From NCBI GenBank assembly GCA_028279725.1, contig JANQNE010000012.1, positions 71,348 through 135,347 on the forward strand: a DNA stretch of 64,000 bases, written 5' to 3'. Below the pieces are notes generated by a model. The model was not told where the DNA came from. It did not search any database and was given only the letters and a program-made list of their open reading frames with translations. The translations under genes and the position numbers were made by a program. Below are positions 18,557-26,526 of the stretch, in pieces (within the stretch, counting starts at the first letter, position 1; each line of letters begins with the position of its first letter). Origin of the DNA: Candidatus Nanoarchaeia archaeon. GTDB taxonomy: Archaea > Nanobdellota > Nanobdellia > Woesearchaeales > JANQNE01.

Positions 18557-19765
18557 TTATATCAGTGCCCCTATACTTTTTATTATAATTTTTATTTTAT
18601 CTCTAGTTTTAGCTTTTGATAAGAGTCTGAAGATTAATAATGGTCTTTTGATTATTATTTGTAGGAACAAACTTCTAATCTGGTTTTTTGTTAGTTCTAG
18701 TTTTATTCCTTTTAGGTGTATGTCACTTTTAAAACCAGAAACGGTTTTCAGATATTCATTTAGTTCTATGTCATTCATAAGTGTGTTTAATTTATTTACG
18801 ATTGAAAGAATGGCATAATTTGTTTTTATCTTTTTGACCCATCTCTTTTGGTATCTTTTTAGGAATCTTTCGTCAGTTCTTTTTTGGTTTATTGATTCCT
18901 CAGCAACTTTTGCTGCTATCTTTGCATTTCTTATTGCAGGAATCAATCCAAAGAATCCATGAGGCAATGCTTGTGCCGCAGAGTCTCCAACAAGTAAGAT
19001 ATTGTCAAAATATGATCTATAGGTTTCACCAATAGGTATTAGCCCATATTTTCTGTTCTTTCTTCTATCTTTTATATCTTTTAATCTGATAAATTTATTT
19101 AGTTCTTCTTCAATCACTTCTTTTGGAAGAGGTTTCTCTACAATATTCATTGTTCCGATCCATGCACTAGTTTTGCTTAAAGGTTCTACCCAAAACCAGG
19201 TTTTGTGGGGGGTCGGAAAAGCTATCTCACTAAGGATGGCTTCCTTTTCATTTATCTCCTGACCATGAAATTCATAACCCATACATTGCAAGTATTTTAT
19301 TTTCTTATTTAACCCATAAGATTTAGCTATCATACTCTTATAACCTGTTGTATCTACCAGTAACCTTGATGTATATTGTCCTTTGTTAGTATTGAGGGCT
19401 ATTGTTTTGTTTTTTTTATCTCTATTAAAAGATATGAGTTCGCAATTTTCTATCAGAGTGCATTTCTTTTTATTGATTCTTTTTTTTAGTTTTAGAAGTA
19501 ATTTTTTACTGTCTATTGTTACAAAATCACCATTTACAACAATTTCAGCACCTAAATAATGTGTGTATTTTAGATGAGTTGTTAAATTAAGTATTGTATC
19601 ATCCAGAGATTCTTCCTTTAGTTGAGATAGAAATCCTCCCCATGCCTTTTCAGTCTTTCCGATCCTATCTTTTTCTATTAGAAGTGTCCTTATCCCTCTT
19701 TTTGATAATTTTCCGGCAACTGTTAACCCGGCGGGGCCTGCTCCAGCAACTATTACATCATACAT
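18557..19765 (-). CDS. FAD-dependent oxidoreductase, geranylgeranyl reductase/lycopene cyclase family
   Basis: MYDVIVAGAGPAG (start 19765), VDTTG, LVGDSAAQALP. Confidence 0.88.
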   Translation of the reverse strand: MYDVIVAGAGPAGLTVAGKLSKRGIRTLLIEKDRIGKTEKAWGGFLSQLKEESLDDTILNLTTHLKYTHYLGAEIVVNGDFVTIDSKKLLLKLKKRINKKKCTLIENCELISFNRDKKNKTIALNTNKGQYTSRLLVDTTGYKSMIAKSYGLNKKIKYLQCMGYEFHGQEINEKEAILSEIAFPTPHKTWFWVEPLSKTSAWIGTMNIVEKPLPKEVIEEELNKFIRLKDIKDRRKNRKYGLIPIGETYRSYFDNILLVGDSAAQALPHGFFGLIPAIRNAKIAAKVAEESINQKRTDERFLKRYQKRWVKKIKTNYAILSIVNKLNTLMNDIELNEYLKTVSGFKSDIHLKGIKLELTKNQIRSLFLQIIIKRPLLIFRLLSKAKTRDKIKIIIKSIGALI

Positions 19766-19766
19766 T

Positions 19767-21005
19767 TTAAACAAATCTTGACGTGAACTCTCTTTTGCCT
19801 TTAATCGTAGATAGTTTTGATATATTGGTCTTAAAAGTGCTTGTGATTGCATCTTTTATTGAATGAAAAGAAATAAGCTTGTTGATAATATCTACACTAA
19901 ATCTGGATTTTATGAATTTGTACTGGTCTTGGTTGGATAGTTTTCCAAATCTTGTTATAATGTCATCAAAGTCGTCATTAGTCAGATGACAGACCATGTA
20001 ATGACGTAAGATAATACCATAAAAGTAGTACTTACCAAACCTATCCCACCATATGTTATCATATTCTTTTAGTGTTCTAGTAGTTAGATCTCTTTTCTTA
20101 AAAGCTTTTTTAACCACTTTTGCTGCTTCTCTGCCCATCTCAAGCGATACCCTAATCCCTTCTCCCATGATGGGTGTTGCCTGACCTGCAGCATCACCTA
20201 CAAACAGCATCCTATCATCAATCATCTTTTCCAGCGGATCTATCGGGTATTCTATGAATAATTCCGTCCCCTTGACCTCTTTTGCTTTTGACAGATTATA
20301 ATGCTTAAATTCTTTTATAGCTCTCAATAGATTGACCCTCATATCATTCTTAGTTAATTCAACAAGAGGAGCGACATCACCTATCACTATCTGGCATCTG
20401 TTTTTTGTTATCGGGTAGACCCACCAGCCTGTTTTTGCGTATTTTCTGTCTATGAAAAAGACTGCTTCGTTTGGTTTTTTGATGTTGCAATTTTTTAGTT
20501 CAAAACCATAGAGCTTATAGTATGCTTTTTCCCTGAGTATCCCTAGCTGTTCTGTTATTGCAGAAGAGTTTCCGGTTGTGACCAGCAGCATCTTGCAGTG
20601 ATAGTCTGTGTTGTTTTCATCAGTTAATCTGATCCTTGTCTTTTGTCTTTTTATCTCTATGATCTCTGAGTTAAATCTGAAGTCTATATTCTTTGATCTT
20701 TTTTTCATCATCTTTAGCGCTTTGAAAAGATCAAAGAGTGCTGTGTTTTCTTTTTTCATATTCGTTGCTGTTTTTTTCGTAGGTCCATAGAATCCTGTTG
20801 AGTTATATATCCTTTTAATGGTTTTTTCTAAATTAAACTTCTTTAGAGTATTCATGAATGTTGCTTTAAGATTCAGTACACCCTTATCCAGGCTTTTGTT
20901 TTTTTCTAGAACAAGCACTTTTAGTCCGGAGTTATCTAATTCTTCTGCTGCACTAAGACCAGCAGTTCCCGCGCCCACTATAATGACGTCGTAGTTGTTA
21001 CCCAT
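19767..21005 (-). CDS. FAD-dependent oxidoreductase, geranylgeranyl reductase family
   Basis: YDVIIVGAGTAG, GWWVYP, VGDAAGQATPIMGEGI, LKEYDNIW. Confidence 0.9.
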   Translation of the reverse strand: MGNNYDVIIVGAGTAGLSAAEELDNSGLKVLVLEKNKSLDKGVLNLKATFMNTLKKFNLEKTIKRIYNSTGFYGPTKKTATNMKKENTALFDLFKALKMMKKRSKNIDFRFNSEIIEIKRQKTRIRLTDENNTDYHCKMLLVTTGNSSAITEQLGILREKAYYKLYGFELKNCNIKKPNEAVFFIDRKYAKTGWWVYPITKNRCQIVIGDVAPLVELTKNDMRVNLLRAIKEFKHYNLSKAKEVKGTELFIEYPIDPLEKMIDDRMLFVGDAAGQATPIMGEGIRVSLEMGREAAKVVKKAFKKRDLTTRTLKEYDNIWWDRFGKYYFYGIILRHYMVCHLTNDDFDDIITRFGKLSNQDQYKFIKSRFSVDIINKLISFHSIKDAITSTFKTNISKLSTIKGKREFTSRFV

Positions 21006-21075
21006 ACATAATAGGTTACATCCACCTTTATATACTTTTCCAATAGATTTTTTAAAGAAATATAAATATTATATA

Positions 21076-21342
21076 CTAATCTATATTTTTTAGCTTGTCC
21101 CGTATAAGTTTTCCAGCAGGCTCTAGCCTGTATAATCTTCCTGTCTTCTCTCTTGGGTTAATACATCTGGCAATCCCTTTTTTTCTGAATTCATTAAGCA
21201 CCCTGCTGGTGTTATTTAATGAATAACCTGATCTTCCTGCTATATCTGTAGGTGTTTCAGAATCTTTCATATGGACTATGATCTCTCTCCTTTGTTTTCC
21301 TCTTTTTACCCAGCTTAATTTTTCAACATCTAGTTTTGGCAT
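21076..21342 (-). CDS. Winged-helix (ArsR/MarR-like) transcriptional regulator
   Basis: RGKQRREII..ETPTDIA...SRVLNEFRKKG..CINP..KTGRLYRL. Confidence 0.82.
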   Translation of the reverse strand: MPKLDVEKLSWVKRGKQRREIIVHMKDSETPTDIAGRSGYSLNNTSRVLNEFRKKGIARCINPREKTGRLYRLEPAGKLIRDKLKNID

Positions 21343-21436
21343 GAATGCTAATCTATCAAGCATATATAATAATTATACCTCCAATAACTACTCAATATAT
21401 ACCCAAAAGCTTAAATATGATAAGTATAAACAGAAG

Positions 21437-21646
21437 ATGATGCTTAAAAGAAAGCTTATGGAAAATGCAAAAGAGCTCTTTGAGAGCTTAGATTGTGACC
21501 TATCAGAACTATTTGAAGAAACATACAAGAACAAAGTAGTTATCAACGCAGCAATCTCATTGATCATCAACAAGAATATATTCACTAAAGAAGAACTAGA
21601 AACAAAGATAGCTGAAATAAGAAAAGAGATAAAAGAAAAAGATTAG
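21437..21646 (+). CDS. Small hypothetical helical protein
   Basis: Charged helical ORF divergent from the wHTH gene. Start is either 21437 or 21458. Confidence 0.55.
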   Translation: MMLKRKLMENAKELFESLDCDLSELFEETYKNKVVINAAISLIINKNIFTKEELETKIAEIRKEIKEKD

Positions 21647-22329
21647 ATATATCCTTCTTCTTTTAAGCTTACAAACCTGTTATCTCCGATGATTATATGG
21701 TCCAGCACCTGGATGCCTAAAATATTTCCTGCTCCTACAATCTGTTCTGAAACCTCAATATCCTCTTCACTAGGGCTGGGATCTCCAGAAGGATGGTTAT
21801 GTACAAGAATCATAGCTGCTGCTGACTCAGCAAGCGCTATCTTGAATATCTCACGCGGATGAATCACCGAACAGTCCAGACTTCCAATAAAGATCGTCTC
21901 CTGTCCTATTATCCTCTTTCTTGAATCAAGAAACAACCCTAAAAAATGCTCTTTTTTAAGACCAGACAACTGAGGCATCAAAATCCTTGCAATATCTTTT
22001 GCTGAGTTTGCCACATCTTTCTTCTCCCTCTTAAAGCAAGACATCCTTCTTCCAAGCTCAAAACAGGCGATGATCTGACAAGCCTTTGCCTCACCCACAC
22101 CAAAAGTCTTTTTCAAGCTGCCTACTCTTGCCCTAGAAAGAACCTTTAGATCATACTTTTTGATCACTCTTTTAGACAAATCAAGAACGTTCTCCTTCTT
22201 ATTTCCTGTCCGAATGACCACAGCCAATAACTCTGCATCACTGAGTGATCCAGACCCCTTCCTAACCAAGCGTTCCCTTGGCCTCTCTTCCAAAGGAAAA
22301 TCTTTGATCCTAAGCTTGTACTCATGCAT
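21643..22329 (-). CDS. radC: RadC / JAB-domain protein
   Basis: ERPRERL, LSDAELLA, HhH GVGEAKA, HPREIF, HNHPSGDPSPSEED, LDHIIIG. Confidence 0.95.
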   Translation of the reverse strand: MHEYKLRIKDFPLEERPRERLVRKGSGSLSDAELLAVVIRTGNKKENVLDLSKRVIKKYDLKVLSRARVGSLKKTFGVGEAKACQIIACFELGRRMSCFKREKKDVANSAKDIARILMPQLSGLKKEHFLGLFLDSRKRIIGQETIFIGSLDCSVIHPREIFKIALAESAAAMILVHNHPSGDPSPSEEDIEVSEQIVGAGNILGIQVLDHIIIGDNRFVSLKEEGYI

Positions 22330-22372
22330 GTATATCCATAAGGCAAGAAAATTTATAAAGATTCTTCGCAAA

Positions 22373-22390
22373 TGTCCAGTGTCCAGTGCT
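22373..22390 (-). promoter_or_regulatory. 18-bp direct-repeat motif AGCACTGGACACTGGACA upstream of the radC TATA box
   Basis: Identical to 26475..26492. Ends 44 nt before the radC ATG, with TTTATAAA at 22359-22352. Confidence 0.65.
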
Positions 22391-22551
22391 CACCTAAGTT
22401 CTTTTAAAAAATTCCTGACTGCTTCTTTTACAACCTCTCCTCTTGACTTATAACCTAACTTAGAATTATCCACTACTAGATCGATCCTGTCAACTAAATC
22501 TACAGGCAATGCAATATTTTTATAATAAGACCTTTTAGTAATCACAATCAT
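22390..22551 (-). CDS. Ribbon-helix-helix (CopG/Arc/MetJ) regulator
   Basis: YKNIALPVDLVDRID...GYKSRGEVVKEAVRNFL. Confidence 0.8.
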   Translation of the reverse strand: MIVITKRSYYKNIALPVDLVDRIDLVVDNSKLGYKSRGEVVKEAVRNFLKELR

Positions 22552-22786
22552 CCTCAAGAATATAAGTGCATCTTGAAAAGCAGGTTTCGGCATATGCACA
22601 TCCGTCTAATGTGCATGGGTCGTTGTCATCACATTCTGTGTTATTGCTGCATTCTACAAAGCACGTTTCTGCAACAACATCTCCAGTTATGACTCCTTTA
22701 AGACCTCCGATTATGAATGATGCAATTATTACAAATGAGAAGAAAGATACCATAAATATGAGAGGTTTTTTCCTTTCGTCTATCAT
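22535..22786 (-). CDS. Small membrane-anchored Cys-rich protein (ITGxxV motif)
   Basis: N-terminal TM, ITGDVV, CDDNDPCTLDGC disulfide repeat. Confidence 0.75.
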   Translation of the reverse strand: MIDERKKPLIFMVSFFSFVIIASFIIGGLKGVITGDVVAETCFVECSNNTECDDNDPCTLDGCAYAETCFSRCTYILEDDCDY

Positions 22787-23670
22787 TTTTTCCAGTCTTT
22801 TTCAAAACTTCTTTTTCTTGCGATGACCCATATTATGAAGACTAATATGGCAAACCACATAAGAAGGATACTCCAGCTTGATGAAAGAGGTATTACCTCT
22901 GTCTCTAAAATTACTGGTTTTTTTATCGGCAGTGTTCCCTGTTCAACAACATCAAATCTGATCAGCCTTTTACTTAACACCCAGCTGTCATCAAGATATG
23001 TTGTGACCTTAGCCCAATAAGTGCCTAATGGCAGATCGTTAGGCATGCTTAGCTCAATAATATCTGTGCTGTAAGGCAACAGTGTTCTTTTCTCCGAATT
23101 ATCTGATTTCAGGATCTGGTTTTTAGAGGCATCCAGAACGTTGATCTTAAAAAGAGGGGAAATAGCAATATTGCCCTGGTTTTGCACTGTCACTGAAGCT
23201 CTTATCGGGCTTTTTTCTTCAGTAGCAGGCACTGATACATCTTCAATTTCTGCCTGCATGATCTCCTGATCTGTAACTTCAACAGTTGTCTTAAGTGTTT
23301 TTGCTGAAGATACTACTGAGGTTATCTGATTTCCTGAAGGAAATGCATTGATTATAAGAAATCCCTCATATACCCCTAAGAATGCTTCGGTCGGCCTGAT
23401 CATCACCTTAAATTCTGTAAATGAGCTGTTTGTCACATATGCTGACCTTGGTTCTGATTTTATCCATGGATGGATAAGATCTGATGTTGAGATAACGACT
23501 TCTGTAGGTTCCGGGCTGTCGCTTTTCACCTTAAGTATCTTTTCTGCATAGCCATTGTTCAGGACATTTTCGAAAATTAGTTCTTCTGGTTCTGTTATTA
23601 TATTTACAGCATAGGCATAAGAAGATAGCAGGATAAGAAGCACTAAAAAGGGAATTCTTTTTTGTATCAT
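22783..23670 (-). CDS. Secreted, C-terminally anchored Ig-like (CARDB-type) surface protein
   Basis: Signal peptide, VQNQGN, LPLGTYWAKV, C-terminal TM plus basic tail. Confidence 0.75.
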   Translation of the reverse strand: MIQKRIPFLVLLILLSSYAYAVNIITEPEELIFENVLNNGYAEKILKVKSDSPEPTEVVISTSDLIHPWIKSEPRSAYVTNSSFTEFKVMIRPTEAFLGVYEGFLIINAFPSGNQITSVVSSAKTLKTTVEVTDQEIMQAEIEDVSVPATEEKSPIRASVTVQNQGNIAISPLFKINVLDASKNQILKSDNSEKRTLLPYSTDIIELSMPNDLPLGTYWAKVTTYLDDSWVLSKRLIRFDVVEQGTLPIKKPVILETEVIPLSSSWSILLMWFAILVFIIWVIARKRSFEKDWKK

Positions 23671-23758
23671 TGTTAATCAATCGTGATAAAATTTATTTAT
23701 TCCTTTTTCATTCAATAAATGAGGAAAAACCTATTATCTCATCAAAGAAGGTAAAGAA

Positions 23759-24217
23759 TCAGGAGATTACATCAAATACTGCTGAGTCTTCCATACTGCT
23801 TCCTGAGAACCTGACTATAAGATTATAAAGTCCGAAAGAATCAGGAGATCTTATCTTGAAATCTAAGAGATTCATTATCATGTCTTTCTCTATGACAACA
23901 TCCTCACCTTCATAGGTGTGAGGGATATTATATTTGTCGATAAGGGTGTCAATTCCTGAATCAAATACTTCTATCTTGTCTATCAGGATCATCATCCTTG
24001 TGTCAGAAGGGAACTTTCCTTTGCTGATCTTAATATCTCCAACCAGCTGTTCTCCAATACCATAGTCTGTCTCTATGAGCCTTACTTCTATGGGCTGGTT
24101 TTCCAGGACAGCAAATCCAGTTATCTTTCCTTTTCCTAAGGACATAGAAAGTATCCATAAAAGCAGAGCTATTGTCGCTATATATATTGCAAGCAATATT
24201 ATGCTCTTTTTTTCCAT
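23759..24217 (-). CDS. Membrane-anchored protein with ITGFAV motif
   Basis: N-terminal TM followed by KITGFAV and a beta-rich domain. Confidence 0.72.
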   Translation of the reverse strand: MEKKSIILLAIYIATIALLLWILSMSLGKGKITGFAVLENQPIEVRLIETDYGIGEQLVGDIKISKGKFPSDTRMMILIDKIEVFDSGIDTLIDKYNIPHTYEGEDVVIEKDMIMNLLDFKIRSPDSFGLYNLIVRFSGSSMEDSAVFDVIS

Positions 24218-24456
24218 GGTGATTTTTATCTTTGTTGTTATGTATAAATGTTTTTTTTCATTTGATTTGGTGGACAGTCATTATCTGCGGTCAGGGAATA
24301 AAAAAAATATATATCATGCAATGGTGATTTTTAAAGTATGGACATCATAGAATTAAGCGTAGGAGCTACTGTAATTAGCGGCGGTGCTTTTTTGCTGACA
24401 TATCTCAAAAAAATAAAAAATAAGATGAAGAGATCTGTTCTTAGAAATAATGAAGA

Positions 24457-25041
24457 ATGAAAAAAATACTTGTCTTTTCATTAGCACTGATACTGATATA
24501 TGTGGGTGTCTTTTTTGTTCCTGGAAGAGTTGAAAGATTATCTTTGATGCCTGATAAGATAACTGAAGCATGGAGGTTTCTGACATATTCTTTTGTCCAT
24601 CTTGACATAATGCATCTTATCGAGAATATAGCGGGGCTTACTTTAATAGCTCTTATCGCTGTTGAACTAAGGATAGCTCTTGGTGATTTTTCTTCTGTAT
24701 ATCTGTCTTCTGGATTCCTTTCTGTTATTCCTTTATGGTTTATGATGTCTTTTACTGCATTAGGAGCATCAAATGCTATATTCGGAGGGTTTGGACTGAT
24801 AAGCCAGGAAACAAGAAAGTTTGGTGTTAAGGTATGGATCATCATACTAATAGCAACTTTGCTTATTTTTATGAAAAGTTTCTTTGCGATCGGAACTGGG
24901 GAGTTTAGCAGTGCGATAAAGCAGAGTCTCTCTCATTTTTTTGGGTTTATGTTCGGGATCTGTTTCTTTTTTTTGATATCTAAGATCAGATCAATCAGTA
25001 TGAATAAGAAAAGATCTGTTTTAAGAGGTGATTATCGATGA
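24457..25041 (+). CDS. Rhomboid-family intramembrane serine protease
   Basis: WRFLTYSFVH, HLIEN, GASNAIFG (catalytic Ser), SHFFG (catalytic His). Confidence 0.88.
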   Translation: MKKILVFSLALILIYVGVFFVPGRVERLSLMPDKITEAWRFLTYSFVHLDIMHLIENIAGLTLIALIAVELRIALGDFSSVYLSSGFLSVIPLWFMMSFTALGASNAIFGGFGLISQETRKFGVKVWIIILIATLLIFMKSFFAIGTGEFSSAIKQSLSHFFGFMFGICFFFLISKIRSISMNKKRSVLRGDYR

Positions 25042-25781
25042 AAAAATCTTCTAAAAAAAGCCCTACTGGAATAAAAGGGCTAGATAAGATGCTGATGGGA
25101 GGTGTTGTTAGTGGAAGAAATACATTAGTCTCCGGGCCTTGCGGAAGCGGGAAAAGCACTTTTGCAGCTCATTTCCTCCATAGCGGTATAAAAGATCATG
25201 GGGAAAAAGGGATGTATGTAACATTAGAAGAGACTAAAGAAAAATTTTATAATGATATGGCTGAATTTGGGATGGACCTTAAAGCTGCTGAAAAAAAGGG
25301 AGATTTTGTCCTTGTCGGCGGACCTATCGCAAGCCTTCACGGTTATATGGAAAAGGTCAATGCAAACGTGAAGAATCTTATCGAAGAGATAGAAGAGGTT
25401 GTCAAGGAAAAAGGAGTAAAAAGAGTTGTGATCGATTCTATCAATCTCCTGAGTATGCTTTCTAAAGATGATGATGAAAATAGAAAGACTCTTGCCATGA
25501 TAGCTAATTCACTTTCTGCTCTGGGATGTACGTCTTTGCTGATCTCAGAAACAAAAGAAGGATCTATGGACCTTAGCAGGTATGGAATGGAAGAGTTTGT
25601 TGTTGATGGAGTTATAGTATTATATCTGATTAGAGAAGGAAGTAAATTCATATCTGGTGTTACTGTAAGAAAGATGAGAGGATCAAACCACGATAAAGAG
25701 ATAAGATATTATCAGATCACAAATAAAGGGATCGTTGTCTATCCTCAGGAATCTGTTTTTACAAACAAGATGATGGAATGA
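25038..25781 (+). CDS. KaiC/RAD55-family ATPase
   Basis: TGIKGLD, GPCGSGKS, YVTLEE, VVIDS, KMRGS. Confidence 0.93.
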   Translation: MKKSSKKSPTGIKGLDKMLMGGVVSGRNTLVSGPCGSGKSTFAAHFLHSGIKDHGEKGMYVTLEETKEKFYNDMAEFGMDLKAAEKKGDFVLVGGPIASLHGYMEKVNANVKNLIEEIEEVVKEKGVKRVVIDSINLLSMLSKDDDENRKTLAMIANSLSALGCTSLLISETKEGSMDLSRYGMEEFVVDGVIVLYLIREGSKFISGVTVRKMRGSNHDKEIRYYQITNKGIVVYPQESVFTNKMME

Positions 25782-25787
25782 GAAAAG

Positions 25788-25816
25788 ATCCCCCCGGGAT
25801 TTGAACCAGGAACCTT
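25788..25816 (-). repeat. Duplicated, degenerate 3' end (variable loop, T-arm, partial acceptor) of the upstream tRNA
   Basis: 25797..25816 GGATTTGAACCAGGAACCTT is identical to 26538..26557. The C-run continues imperfectly to ATCCCC. Confidence 0.85.
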
Positions 25817-26432
25817 ACTTGAGTAAATTATTTAATTTTTCTTGTTTTCTTTGTAGATTAAAACCTATTCTTTCTTTGAATAATTTTAGATCTTTAATAG
25901 CTAAAGCATAGACATTTCTCATATATCCAAATCCCGATTTTATTCTTGAAGTTATTTTAAATTCTGTTAACATGTCTTTGACTTGTAAAAGGCCTCTCTC
26001 ATTTATTGAATAAAGTCTAATCGTTTTGTTTCCAGGTATGACGCTTCCTTCATCATCAAATAATGCTTTTAAGAATTCTCTTTTTATCTCTGAACTGCAA
26101 TTCAAAAATAATGGCTTTAATCTCCAGTCTTTTGAGTAATATGTAGCATATTTCATCAAGTCTTCAAATACTAGTTTTGATCTTAACCTTATGTAAGGGA
26201 TATCTTTTCCTGTCTTGCCTGACGGGTTTTTTCCATGCATGGCTTTAAGCCCATATGTATTTACTAGGTCAGTTTCAAATGAATCAAGTAATTCTTTGTC
26301 TGAAACTTCATACTTTATGTTATAGTCATGCTTGCTTATGCCAACATAACCATCACCAATAGAATGTGCTATAAGTCTGGCTTTTCCCTCTGTTAATTTA
26401 TCAAAACCTTTTTTTGGTTTTTTTACCCTCAT
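25815..26432 (-). CDS. Free-standing double-motif LAGLIDADG (DOD/intein-type) endonuclease-like protein
   Basis: ARLIAHSIGDG and REFLKALFDDEG helices, FKERIGF..RKQEKL terminus, no intein splicing motifs. Probable start is the ATG at 26432. Confidence 0.88.
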   Translation of the reverse strand: MRVKKPKKGFDKLTEGKARLIAHSIGDGYVGISKHDYNIKYEVSDKELLDSFETDLVNTYGLKAMHGKNPSGKTGKDIPYIRLRSKLVFEDLMKYATYYSKDWRLKPLFLNCSSEIKREFLKALFDDEGSVIPGNKTIRLYSINERGLLQVKDMLTEFKITSRIKSGFGYMRNVYALAIKDLKLFKERIGFNLQRKQEKLNNLLK

Positions 26433-26474
26433 AACAGAAAATTGCTTTTTAGATTTAAATAATTTAGGAACATC

Positions 26475-26492
26475 TGTCCAGTGTCCAGTGCT
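26475..26492 (-). promoter_or_regulatory. 18-bp direct-repeat motif AGCACTGGACACTGGACA upstream of the LAGLIDADG TATA box
   Basis: Identical to 22373..22390. Ends 43 nt before the ATG, with TATTTAAA at 26461-26454. Confidence 0.65.
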
Positions 26493-26495
26493 TAA

Positions 26496-26522
26496 GAAAA
26501 AATACCAGGAGTTGCCTCCTGG
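26496..26522 (-). terminator. Hairpin plus T-run terminator directly after the tRNA
   Basis: CCAGGAG-GCAA-CTCCTGG then TATTTTTT on the minus strand. Confidence 0.65.
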
Positions 26523-26526
26523 AGAA

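Noticed and set aside
21643-22329. radC as marker of a prophage or integrative element
   Set aside because: It is the full-length HhH+JAB chromosomal type, and no integrase, replication or virion genes are nearby.
24268-24280. TGGACAG as a third copy of the CACTGGACA motif
   Set aside because: Only a 6-bp match, with no tandem repeat and the wrong spacing to any start codon.
25038-25781. KaiC as a circadian clock component
   Set aside because: Single-domain archaeal KaiC/RAD55 type with no kaiA or kaiB.
25788-25816. Duplicated 3' fragment as a functional split-tRNA half or alternative 3' exon
   Set aside because: It has a T-stem mismatch, a truncated acceptor that cannot pair with CCCCACC, no anticodon-stem strand and no complementary leader.
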